Part shown: positions 31,553 to 40,676 of the stretch, piece after piece
Numbering within the stretch: position 1 is the stretch's first letter
Layout: each line of letters opens with the position of its first letter
Assembly (NCBI GenBank): GCA_043811535.1
Contig: JBDRNC010000020.1
Coordinates: 1 to 64,000, forward strand
Reading direction: 5' to 3'
Length of the DNA: 64,000 nt
From: Elusimicrobiota bacterium
GTDB taxonomy: Bacteria; Elusimicrobiota; Endomicrobiia; Endomicrobiales; JBDRNC01
Notes under the pieces: model-generated
Told to the model about the DNA's origin: nothing
What the model saw: the letters and a program-made list of their open reading frames with translations, nothing else
The model's database searches: none
Program-made: the position numbers and the translations under genes

Positions 31553-32506
31553 ATGCAACTGCAAAGCAAGGACTTGCTCGGAATTGAGTATCTTGACAAA
31601 AAAGAGATCGAGCTGATAGTGGACGCGGCCCGGCCTTTTAAAAATCTTTTCACGCGCTCCATTAAAAAAGTCCCGACTCTCCGCGGCAAGACCGTAGTTA
31701 ACCTCTTTTACGAACCCTCTACACGAACAAGAACCTCATTTGAGATCGCAGCGAAACGCTTATCGGCTGATGTCGTCAGCATAGCCACTTCATCTTCCAG
31801 CGTGGTCAAAGGCGAAAGTCTGATAGACACCGGAAAGACCATGGAAGCTATGAAGGCGGATTTCATAGTGATACGCCACAACATGGCGGGGGCTCCCGCG
31901 GTGCTGGCAAGGAACCTGCACGCCGCGGTCATAAACGCCGGCGACGGCTTTCACGAACACCCGACGCAGGGACTGCTTGACCTGTACACTATCAAGGATA
32001 AAAAGAAGAAGATTGCGGGATTGAAAGTGCTGCTTGTAGGAGATATCCTGCACAGCCGGGTGGCAAAATCAAATATCTGGGGGCTTATAAAACTCGGCGC
32101 GGAAGTAAGGGTTTCCGGGCCTCCGACGCTGATACCTCCCAAGGTTGAAAACCTCGGCGTGAAAGTCTACTACGACCTTGACGAGGCGCTGAAAGGCGTG
32201 GACGTGGTCAATATCCTGCGCATACAGCTTGAGCGCCAGCAGGAAAACCTGTTCCCTTCCGTGCATGAATACATTGAACTTTATCAGATGACAAAGAATC
32301 GGCTTGCGGCCGCCAAACCGGATGTGATGGTGATGCACCCGGGTCCCATGAACCGCGGAATAGAAATATCGTCGGAAGTGGCCGACAGCCCATCGGCCGT
32401 GATAAACGAGCAGGTTACGAACGGCATCGTGGTGAGGATGGCCGTGCTTTACCTGCTTTCGGGAAAAGCCAGCGGAAAAACAAAACAGATAACCAAGGAA
32501 ATTTAA
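31553..32506 (+). CDS. pyrB: Aspartate carbamoyltransferase
   Basis: [31 protein letters not shown]. Confidence 0.98.
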   Translation: MQLQSKDLLGIEYLDKKEIELIVDAARPFKNLFTRSIKKVPTLRGKTVVNLFYEPSTRTRTSFEIAAKRLSADVVSIATSSSSVVKGESLIDTGKTMEAMKADFIVIRHNMAGAPAVLARNLHAAVINAGDGFHEHPTQGLLDLYTIKDKKKKIAGLKVLLVGDILHSRVAKSNIWGLIKLGAEVRVSGPPTLIPPKVENLGVKVYYDLDEALKGVDVVNILRIQLERQQENLFPSVHEYIELYQMTKNRLAAAKPDVMVMHPGPMNRGIEISSEVADSPSAVINEQVTNGIVVRMAVLYLLSGKASGKTKQITKEI

Positions 32507-33805
32507 ATGCCGAAACTTCTGATCAAGAACGGACGTGTGATAGATCCCGCGTCAAAGATTGACGGGGTGATGGATGTCCTCATCTCCGACGGGAAAGTGG
32601 TTGAGGTAAAACAAAAGATATCAGAGAACGACTGCAAGGTGATAGACGCGTCCAAAAAGGCGGTCGTGCCGGGAATGATAGATGTGCACACCCATTTGCG
32701 CGAGCCGGGCCACGAAGAAGAAGAAACGATAGCGACCGGGACGCGCGCCGCGGCGAAAGGCGGCGTCACGAGCATACTTTGCATGCCGAACACGCACCCT
32801 CCGCTGGACAACGCGCCGGCAGTGGAGTTCGTGCTGCTGAAAGCGCAGAAGGAAGGACTTGTAAACGTGTATCCTATAGGGTGCATAACCAAGAACTCAG
32901 ACGGAGAAGAGCTCGCGGAGATAGGCGTGCTTAAAAAAGCGGGAGTGATCGCGATATCCGATGACGGAAATCCGGTGATGAACGCGCAGGTCATGCGCAG
33001 GGCCCTGGAGTACACTAAAATGTTCAACCTGCCGGTAATATCACACTGCGAGGACCTGAACCTCTCGAAGAACGGGGTTATTCACGAGGGGCACATGTCA
33101 ATGGTTTTGGGGCTGCGCGGGATACCCAGTCAGAGCGAAGAAGTCATGATAAGTCGGGATATTATGCTGGCGGATCTCACGGGAGGCCACCTGCATATAG
33201 CCCATGTATCAACGGCCGGAGCCGTTGACCTTATCAGGGAAGCGAAGAAAAAGAAAATAAACGTTACGGCGGAGACTTGTCCGCATTACTTCTCACTGAC
33301 CGACGAGGCGGTGAAGGGCTATAACACAAACACAAAAATGAAGCCGCCCCTGAGAACCGAGGAAGACGTAAAGGCCATCAAGCAGGGGCTTGCCGACGGA
33401 ACGATTGACTGTATAGCGACAGACCACGCGCCGCATACGATAGAGGAAAAGAACAAGGAATACGACCTGGCGCCGTTCGGGATAATCGGGCTCGAAACTC
33501 TGCTCGGGCTTGTCATTACAGAACTTGTGGACAAGAAAGTCCTTCCGCTGGCCGAAGCGCTGGCCAAGATGACTGTCAATCCGGCCGGGATATTCGGCCT
33601 TTCAGGCAAGGGCGCGCTGAAGCCCGGGAATGACGCCGACATAACAATAATAGACTTGGATAAGGAATATAATATAAAAGAGAGCGAATTCATGTCGAAG
33701 AGCAAGAACTCGCCCTTCATCGGCTGGAAATTGAAAGGATTTGCCGAGATCACAATAGTCGGAGGTAAGGTGGTTTGGCCATTAAACGAAAAAACCAAAT
33801 CGTAA
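32507..33805 (+). CDS. pyrC: Dihydroorotase
   Basis: DVHTHLREPG, MPNT, ATDHAPH, SKSKNSPF. Confidence 0.97.
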   Translation: MPKLLIKNGRVIDPASKIDGVMDVLISDGKVVEVKQKISENDCKVIDASKKAVVPGMIDVHTHLREPGHEEEETIATGTRAAAKGGVTSILCMPNTHPPLDNAPAVEFVLLKAQKEGLVNVYPIGCITKNSDGEELAEIGVLKKAGVIAISDDGNPVMNAQVMRRALEYTKMFNLPVISHCEDLNLSKNGVIHEGHMSMVLGLRGIPSQSEEVMISRDIMLADLTGGHLHIAHVSTAGAVDLIREAKKKKINVTAETCPHYFSLTDEAVKGYNTNTKMKPPLRTEEDVKAIKQGLADGTIDCIATDHAPHTIEEKNKEYDLAPFGIIGLETLLGLVITELVDKKVLPLAEALAKMTVNPAGIFGLSGKGALKPGNDADITIIDLDKEYNIKESEFMSKSKNSPFIGWKLKGFAEITIVGGKVVWPLNEKTKS

Positions 33806-34551
33806 GAATACGGGAAAACAAGGCAATCGCCCCGGGCTATTATAAGATTTCGTTGATCTCACCTTTCTTAGCCCGGGTTTCTTGTCCCGGGCAGTTCTGC
33901 CTGCTCAATGTTCCGGGAGTGTTTTTAAAGAGGCCGCTTAGCGTCTATTCCGCGGGCGGAGCAAAGGTTGCGTTTCTTTATAAGGTTGTCGGCCCCGGGA
34001 CGGAAAACCTATCAAAACTGAAACCCGGCCGGGAGATCGAAGTACTCGGACCTCTCGGAACCGGCTACAATGTCAAAACGCTCAACGGGAAAAGGCCGGT
34101 TTTAGTAGCCGGCGGAACGGGGATCGCGTCGCTCAATTTTCTTGCCGAGAAACTTAAGGTAAAGGGTATTCTTTTCTGCGGGGCTAAAACGAAAAAAGAA
34201 CTTGCAGGGCTTGAGAAATTCAGGAAATCAGGCTGGAAAATAGAGATAGCCACTGACGACGGGACGCAGGGATTCAAAGGGTTTGTTACCGGTCTTTTAA
34301 AGGCATACTTGTCAGCTCCCGAAAGGAGAAATGAGAAAGGTGAGATACTTTACTGCTGCGGGCCCCGAGGGATGCTTAAAGAGTGCAAAAGTATTGCGGA
34401 AAAGCATGAAATAGAAGCTTGCGCGTCTATGGAAGAGATGGTGGCGTGCGGGACGGGCAGCTGTCAGGGCTGCGTAGTAAAGATAAAAGGGGAATATAAA
34501 AGAGTTTGCGCTGACGGCCCGGTTTTCAGGCTTCAAGATATTGAAGCCTGA
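33775..34551 (+). CDS. pyrK: Dihydroorotate dehydrogenase electron-transfer subunit
   Basis: PGQF, RPLS, GPLG.G, AGGTG, CG.G.C.GC...C.DGPVF [2Fe-2S] motif; start uncertain. Confidence 0.92.
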   Translation: MAIKRKNQIVRIRENKAIAPGYYKISLISPFLARVSCPGQFCLLNVPGVFLKRPLSVYSAGGAKVAFLYKVVGPGTENLSKLKPGREIEVLGPLGTGYNVKTLNGKRPVLVAGGTGIASLNFLAEKLKVKGILFCGAKTKKELAGLEKFRKSGWKIEIATDDGTQGFKGFVTGLLKAYLSAPERRNEKGEILYCCGPRGMLKECKSIAEKHEIEACASMEEMVACGTGSCQGCVVKIKGEYKRVCADGPVFRLQDIEA

Positions 34552-34644
34552 AATTGCAGATTTCAAATTGCAGATTACAAATTAACTGCCTTCCAGTTTT
34601 TCAATCTGAAATCTGAAATTTGAAATGAGACAAAAACAATTATA

Positions 34645-35550
34645 ATGAAAGTGAATCTCCATACGCAGATCGCAGGGATAAACTTCAGTAATCCGGTTTT
34701 AGTCGCTTCGGGCACTTTCGGCTACGGCGACGAGACCGCGGACCTTGTTGACGTCTCTAAAATAGGCGGCATAATAACGAAGACAGTCACGCTGGAGCCG
34801 AGACAGGGCAATCCGCCGCCGCGCATTGCTGAAGTTACCGGAGGGATGCTTAACGCGATAGGCCTGCAAAACGTCGGGCTGGAAAAATTCATAAGCGAAA
34901 AGCTCCCCGGCCTGCGAAAAATGAAGACAAAACTTATCGTGAGCGTTGCCGGCGAAACTGAAAGCGAGTATATTGAGATAATAAAGCGATTGTCTTCCGA
35001 AAGCGGCATTGCCGCTTTTGAATTGAACCTTTCGTGCCCGAATTTACGAAAAAGAATCATATGCGCCGATAAAAAGCTTGTTGAAGATATACTGCGCGGC
35101 GTAAAAAACGCTTCAAAACTTCCGGTCATAGCGAAGTTGTCCCCGAACGTCGAAGATATAGCCGAAACCGCGCGCGCCGCCAAGATATCGGGCGCGGACG
35201 CGCTTACCGTAGCGAATACGTTCACCGGAATGGCGATAGACGTGAAAACGTGGAAACCGAAGCTAGCGAATATTACCGGCGGGATGTCCGGCCCGGCGAT
35301 AAAACCGATGGCGCTCAGGTGCGTCTGGGAGGTTTGCCGCAACGTTGATATACCGGTGATAGCGTGCGGCGGGATAGCGACCGCGGAAGACGCCGTAGAG
35401 TTCATACTGGCCGGAGCCCGCGCTGTTACGGTAGGGACGGCAAATTTTGCAGACCCTCAGTCGCCTGTTAAAATAGCCGCGGGCATAGGCGAGTACCTGA
35501 AAAAAAGAAAGCTTGAATCTTTAAGTGATATTATAGGGATGATGCGATAA
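34645..35550 (+). CDS. pyrD: Dihydroorotate dehydrogenase 1B catalytic subunit
   Basis: ASGTFGYG, GMLNAIGLQN, ELNLSCPN, GGMSGPAIKP. Confidence 0.97.
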   Translation: MKVNLHTQIAGINFSNPVLVASGTFGYGDETADLVDVSKIGGIITKTVTLEPRQGNPPPRIAEVTGGMLNAIGLQNVGLEKFISEKLPGLRKMKTKLIVSVAGETESEYIEIIKRLSSESGIAAFELNLSCPNLRKRIICADKKLVEDILRGVKNASKLPVIAKLSPNVEDIAETARAAKISGADALTVANTFTGMAIDVKTWKPKLANITGGMSGPAIKPMALRCVWEVCRNVDIPVIACGGIATAEDAVEFILAGARAVTVGTANFADPQSPVKIAAGIGEYLKKRKLESLSDIIGMMR

Positions 35551-35604
35551 CAATTAACAATTAGCAATTATCAATTAACAGTTGACGAATATAGCGAAGG
35601 AAAA

Positions 35605-36282
35605 ATGAAAAAATTAATCGTAGCGTTGGACATGCAGGATAAGAACAAGGCCCTGGCTATGGTGGACAAGATATCGCCGTGGGTTGACATGTTCAAGATA
35701 GGGCCGATACTTTTCCTTCAAAATGGGCCCGAACTCCTGCGCATGATAAAATTGAGGAGAAAGGAAGTATTTCTTGACCTGAAATTCTACGATATACCGG
35801 CTACTGTCAAACGGGCCGTTGAATCAGCGTGCGAAATGGGAGTGTATTCACTGACGCTTCACTCATCGGGCGGGGAAGAGATGCTGAAAGCGGCCGCGCA
35901 AGTCAGCCAGAGGCCGAAACTATGGGCAGTCACGATACTAACAAGCCAGCATGCCAGCGTGGAAGATGTCGTTGAACGGGCGAAACTGGCAAAATCCTGC
36001 GGCCTTGACGGCGTGATAGCTTCGCCGCTTGAGATAAAGGCGATTAAAGAGGCGTGCGGAGCAGACTTTACCGTTGTAACTCCCGGCATTCGCACTGACG
36101 GGGCGAAAGATGATCAGAAGAGAACGGCAACTCCTGTTGAAGCCGTAACTGCGGGAGCGGATTTTATCGTGGTAGGCAGGCCGGTGATAGAGGCGAAGGA
36201 CCCGATAGCCGCCGCGAGAAAAATATTGGAAGAAATAGAAGTGAAACAAGAAGGAAGAAGGAAGATAGAAGAAGGAAGATAG
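35605..36282 (+). CDS. pyrF: Orotidine-5'-phosphate decarboxylase
   Basis: LIVALD, FLDLKFYDIP.TV, TPGIR..DDQKR; low-complexity repeat-derived tail. Confidence 0.96.
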   Translation: MKKLIVALDMQDKNKALAMVDKISPWVDMFKIGPILFLQNGPELLRMIKLRRKEVFLDLKFYDIPATVKRAVESACEMGVYSLTLHSSGGEEMLKAAAQVSQRPKLWAVTILTSQHASVEDVVERAKLAKSCGLDGVIASPLEIKAIKEACGADFTVVTPGIRTDGAKDDQKRTATPVEAVTAGADFIVVGRPVIEAKDPIAAARKILEEIEVKQEGRRKIEEGR

Positions 36283-36340
36283 GTTTACTTCAATCTTCCG
36301 TCTTCCATCTTCGGTCCGTGATACAAAGAAAGGCGAAAAA

Positions 36341-36916
36341 GTGAAACCCGAACAGATAAAACAGTTGTTTGAACAGCATAAAGCCTTGTTAAGCGGGCAC
36401 TTCTTATTATCCAGCGGGCTGCATTCCGACACCTATTTCCAGTCGGCGCTGATACTCCAGCATCCTAACGAGGCGGAAAAGCTCGCTTCTGCGCTTGCCG
36501 GTAAGATATTAAAAGATATCCCCGAAATTGACGTCGTGGTTTCTCCAGCTATGGGCGGCATAATCATCGGTCAGGAAGTAGCGGCTCAGATAGGCTGCCG
36601 GGCGATATTTACGGAGCGGGTTGAAAACAAGATGACGTTTCGCAGAGGATTTCAGATAGAAAAGGATGAAAAATGCCTGGTAGTGGAGGATGTCGTAACT
36701 ACCGGTCTGTCCACGCGCGAAGTTGTAGAGGTAATAAAAACGCTTGGCGGCAGTGTTGTCGCTGTCGCGTCGCTTGTGGACAGGAGCGGAGGCAAGGCCG
36801 ATCTGGGCGCTCCGCTGTTTTCGCTGCTCGCCCTGGAAGTCAAAAGCTATAAGGCAGAAGAATGTCCGATGTGCAAAGAGGGAAGCCAGCCAATAAAACC
36901 CGGAAGCAGAAAATAA
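36341..36916 (+). CDS. pyrE: Orotate phosphoribosyltransferase
   Basis: GHFLLSSGLHS..Y, VEDVVTTG.S, KPGSR. Confidence 0.95.
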   Translation: MKPEQIKQLFEQHKALLSGHFLLSSGLHSDTYFQSALILQHPNEAEKLASALAGKILKDIPEIDVVVSPAMGGIIIGQEVAAQIGCRAIFTERVENKMTFRRGFQIEKDEKCLVVEDVVTTGLSTREVVEVIKTLGGSVVAVASLVDRSGGKADLGAPLFSLLALEVKSYKAEECPMCKEGSQPIKPGSRK

Positions 36917-37004
36917 TTGCTAAATTGCCAAATTGCTAAATGGCTGAAAAGCTTTTAACCATTTAGCCATAAAGCCATTTAACCATTAACATGAAAGGAA
37001 TTCT

Positions 37005-37967
37005 ATGATAACTTATAAGAAATCTGGCGTAAACATTGACGCGGGAAACGAGCTGGTAAGGCGTATCAAAAGACGCCTGCCGAAGATAGGCGGTTTCGGG
37101 GGCGTATTTCCGCTTTCAGGAACGAAATATAACCTTGTCAGTTCCACGGACGGCGTCGGAACCAAACTTAAGCTGGCATTCATACTCAACAAGCACGATA
37201 CCGTAGGGATAGACCTTGTCGCGATGAGTGTAAACGATATTATCTGCTGCGGGGCGAAACCGTTATTTTTCCTGGATTACTTCGCGTGCGGAAAACTGAA
37301 CGTTAATACCGCCGAGAAGGTCGTTTCAGGCATAGCGAAAGGCTGCAAACTCGCCGGCTGCGCGCTCATCGGCGGGGAAACGGCCGAGATGCCGGGTTTC
37401 TATCCTCCCGGCGAATACGACCTGGCAGGCTTCGCGGTAGGCGCGCTTGAAAAGGGGAAAGAAATAACCGGGAAAAGGATACGGCCCGGCGACGTTGTTA
37501 TCGGACTTCCGTCATCCGGACCCCACTCCAACGGCTATTCGCTCATAAGAAAAGTGCTGTCAAATAAGGAGATAAGAAAATACCGGAAAGAACTGCTCGC
37601 TCCCACAAGGATCTATGTTAAGGAAATCTTAAAGTTGTTGTCAACCGTCAACCGTCAACTGTCAACTGTCGTTCACGGTATTGCCCATATTACGGGCGGA
37701 AGCTTTTATGACAAGATTGAAAGGATTCTCCCGGAAAAATGCAGGGTAATCATTAAAAAGAATTCATGGAAAGTTCCCGAGATATTCAGACTCATTCAGA
37801 AGAAAGGCAAGATGAAAGATAAGGAAATCTACCGCACCCTGAACATGGGGATAGGTATGGTTCTTGTGGTCGGAGAGAAAGAGAGCAGGAGAATAAGAGA
37901 AAAGATCAAAGGCGCTAAGATAATAGGATATGTGGCAAAAGGAACAAGAGGAGTAGACGTCGTATAA
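37005..37967 (+). CDS. purM: AIR synthetase
   Basis: YKKSGVNI, TDGVGTK, GGETAEMPG, AHITG, TLNMGIG. Confidence 0.97.
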   Translation: MITYKKSGVNIDAGNELVRRIKRRLPKIGGFGGVFPLSGTKYNLVSSTDGVGTKLKLAFILNKHDTVGIDLVAMSVNDIICCGAKPLFFLDYFACGKLNVNTAEKVVSGIAKGCKLAGCALIGGETAEMPGFYPPGEYDLAGFAVGALEKGKEITGKRIRPGDVVIGLPSSGPHSNGYSLIRKVLSNKEIRKYRKELLAPTRIYVKEILKLLSTVNRQLSTVVHGIAHITGGSFYDKIERILPEKCRVIIKKNSWKVPEIFRLIQKKGKMKDKEIYRTLNMGIGMVLVVGEKESRRIREKIKGAKIIGYVAKGTRGVDVV

Positions 37968-37984
37968 TGACAAAGCACAAATGA

Positions 37985-38047
37985 TCCGACTTCGCATGCG
38001 ACCACCTGCTATTTATTTAACCGAAGTCCCTCTTTCGGGGAGACTCC
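37985..38047 (+). repeat. ~63-bp dispersed repeat, copy 1
   Basis: The reverse complement of 40138-40201 matches with 5 substitutions and 1 indel. Confidence 0.85.
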
Positions 38048-38148
38048 ATTGAAAATAATAATGAAGTCGCAAAATAAATTCAAATATATAAATCAAAAAT
38101 TGTTTTAAGCTTTGATATTGTAGTTATATTTTGACATTTGAATTTAAT

Positions 38149-38748
38149 ATGATTGTTAACTTGGGTGTTTTAATTTCCGGCGGGGGGACGAATTTGCAGG
38201 CGATAATCGATGCCTGCCAATCAGGCATACTGAAAGATATCGCGCAGATAGCGCTGGTCGTTTCCAATAAGGCGGAGGCATTCGGGCTTGAACGCGCTAA
38301 GAAACACGGGATACCGGCGCTGTGGATAAATTCTAAGAATTTTCCGGATAATCAGTCATTTTACAAGAAAGTATCAAGCGAGCTCAAAAGGCATAGGGTG
38401 AATATTGTGTGTCTCGCGGGCTACATGCGCATGGTTGACCCGTGCCTGATAAAAGATTTTAAGAAAAAGGTCCTTAACATTCACCCGGCGCTGCTGCCGA
38501 AATTCGGCGGGAAAGGCATGTACGGGCATTTCGTCCACGAAGCGGTAATAAAGGCCGGCGAGCCGGAATCGGGCGCTACGGTTCACATGGTGGACGAACA
38601 GTACGACCACGGCCCGATAGTTCTCCAGTATAAAGTACCTGTTTTCCCGAAAGACACCGCCGACGTGCTGGCAGAGAGAGTGATTGAAGTCGAGCACAGA
38701 ATATATCCCGAAGCGATTCTTAAAGTGATAACTGGAGGAAAACAATGA
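38149..38748 (+). CDS. purN: Phosphoribosylglycinamide formyltransferase
   Basis: LISGGGTNLQAI, LAGYM, NIHPALLP.FGG, GATVH.V...YD.GP. Confidence 0.97.
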   Translation: MIVNLGVLISGGGTNLQAIIDACQSGILKDIAQIALVVSNKAEAFGLERAKKHGIPALWINSKNFPDNQSFYKKVSSELKRHRVNIVCLAGYMRMVDPCLIKDFKKKVLNIHPALLPKFGGKGMYGHFVHEAVIKAGEPESGATVHMVDEQYDHGPIVLQYKVPVFPKDTADVLAERVIEVEHRIYPEAILKVITGGKQ

Positions 38749-40043
38749 TATCTCGCTATACTAGAAAAGAAATGGCCGCTATTTGGTCTGAGGAGAACCG
38801 CTTCAGGACAATGCTTGAAGTGGAGATACTCGCCGCCGAGGCGATGGCAAAAACCGGGAAAGTGCCGAAATCGGCGATTCCGCTCATCAGGAAGCGCGCG
38901 AAGATCAACGTAAAACGGATACAAAAAATCGAGGAAACGGTAAAACATGACGTCATTGCTTTCCTCACTCAGGTAGGCGAGACGATCGGCCCGCAGGCAA
39001 GGTTCCTGCATCAGGGGATGACCTCGTCCGATGTGCTGGATACGGCTACAAGCGTCCAGCTGAGGCAGTCGTGCGCTCAGATATTAACCGGGATAAACAA
39101 TCTTCTGAAAACGCTCAGGCGGCTTGTCGTAAAATACAAGAAAACACCCATGATGGGCCGCACTCACGGCATTCACGCCGAGCCAATCACGTTCGGTTTC
39201 AAGGCGGCTTCATGGTATTCCGAGATGGTCAGGGCCAAAGCGCTGATAGAAAACACGAAAGATACCGTAAGTTACGGGAAGATATCGGGCGCGGTCGGCA
39301 CTTACGCGCATCTTGACCCAAAAGTTGAGAAATATGTCTGTTCCAAACTGGGATTGAAGCCGGAGCCCGTTTCCACCCAAGTGGTTCCCAGGGACAGGCA
39401 CGCCGCGTACCTTTGCCGGTTTGCCATTGTAGGCGGCTCAATTGAAAGGATAGCGTTGGAGATAAGGCACCTGCAGAGGACCGAGGTTCAGGAAGCGGAA
39501 GAACCGTTTACAAAGGGGCAGAAGGGCTCATCGGCGATGCCCCACAAAAGAAACCCGATTCTATCGGAGAATCTTTGCGGGCTAGCGCGTTTGCTGAGGG
39601 GCTACGCGATGACCGGGCTTGAAAACATAGCGCTGTGGCACGAGCGCGATATAAGCCACTCGTCCGCCGAAAGAGTCGTCTTTCCCGACGCTTCGATAAC
39701 GCTGGATTTCATGCTCGCGAGGGCGAATCATCTCTTATCAGGCCTGCAGGTGTATCCCAAAAACATGCTGGCGAACCTGAACAGGTCGCAGGACATAATA
39801 TTTTCCGGCAGGCTGCTGCTTGCTCTTGTGAGCAAGGGGATTTCGAGGGAGAAGGCATACGCCATAGTGCAGAAAAACGCCTTTAAGGCCCGCGAAGAGA
39901 ACGTAAAGTTCGACAAATGCGTCTTGCACGACCCTGAAATAACAAAGCTCCTTAAGAAGCCTGAAATATCGGATTGCTTCAAGCTTGACCATCATTTCAG
40001 GAACCTGCCATACATCTTTAAGCGGGCGCTTTCCGAAAGATGA
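38745..40043 (+). CDS. purB: Adenylosuccinate lyase
   Basis: MISRY, GRTHGIHAEP, GSSAMPHKRNP, WHERDISHS. Confidence 0.98.
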   Translation: MISRYTRKEMAAIWSEENRFRTMLEVEILAAEAMAKTGKVPKSAIPLIRKRAKINVKRIQKIEETVKHDVIAFLTQVGETIGPQARFLHQGMTSSDVLDTATSVQLRQSCAQILTGINNLLKTLRRLVVKYKKTPMMGRTHGIHAEPITFGFKAASWYSEMVRAKALIENTKDTVSYGKISGAVGTYAHLDPKVEKYVCSKLGLKPEPVSTQVVPRDRHAAYLCRFAIVGGSIERIALEIRHLQRTEVQEAEEPFTKGQKGSSAMPHKRNPILSENLCGLARLLRGYAMTGLENIALWHERDISHSSAERVVFPDASITLDFMLARANHLLSGLQVYPKNMLANLNRSQDIIFSGRLLLALVSKGISREKAYAIVQKNAFKAREENVKFDKCVLHDPEITKLLKKPEISDCFKLDHHFRNLPYIFKRALSER

Positions 40044-40137
40044 CGGCTTTTCCGGGAAGTTGGTGGAGCCCCTCCGAAAGCCCTCCTGGCGGGGCAAAAA
40101 TTAAGCGACCTCCCGCGACCTCATTAACGTATTTAAC

Positions 40138-40201
40138 GGAGTCTCCCTAAAAAAGGGACTTCGGTTAAATAACATAGCAGATGGTCGCATGCGCAGTCGG
40201 A
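40138..40201 (-). repeat. ~63-bp dispersed repeat, copy 2 (inverted)
   Basis: Inverted match to 37985-38047. Confidence 0.85.
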
Positions 40202-40255
40202 CGGTTCCACTCGTATTCCTCCCCTGGCGGAGTCAGGGGATTCAATAACGCGGGA

Positions 40256-40284
40256 TTGAATTATCCGCAAAAATCTACTAAAAT
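40256..40284 (+). promoter_or_regulatory. Possible sigma70 promoter of the tRNA-Val array
   Basis: TTGAAT-17-TAAAAT, 15 nt before the first tRNA-Val-like unit. Confidence 0.5.
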
Positions 40285-40299
40285 ATCGATTATCCGGAC

Positions 40300-40458
40300 G
40301 GGCAGTTAGCTCAGCGGAAGAGCGGGCCGACGCGTCGGCCTGGCCGCAGCGGCCACTCCGGGATCGTTGAAGGAATCTTTCGTATCGTTTCATTACGGGC
40401 AGTTAGCTCAGCGGAAGAGCGGGCCGACATATCGGCCTGGCCGCAGCGGCCACTCCGG
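40300..40458 (+). repeat. Two partial 5' copies of tRNA-Val with substituted anticodon arm
   Basis: Units at 40300 and 40397: GGGCAGTTAGCTCAGCGGAAGAGCG-[GGCCGA-N4-TCGGCC]-TGGCCGCAG-CGGCCACTCCGG. Confidence 0.9.
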
Positions 40459-40493
40459 GAATCGCTAAAAGATTTATTGTATTGTTACATTTT

Positions 40494-40565
40494 GGGCAGT
40501 TAGCTCAGCGGAAGAGCGCTCGCCTTACACGCGAGTGGCCGCAGGTTCAAATCCTGCACTGCCCA
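40494..40565 (+). tRNA. tRNA-Val(TAC)
   Basis: Cloverleaf, anticodon arm CTCGC-CTTACAC-GCGAG. Confidence 0.96.
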
Positions 40566-40676
40566 TGATAGATAAAAGTTCCAGCGCAGCCGACAAGTAA
40601 TTGGGGAAACGAAAGTTATTTGAGCGGATTTTGCGCCCCGTCTTTCGGGGCACTGCCTATATCAGCGGGAAAGCAA

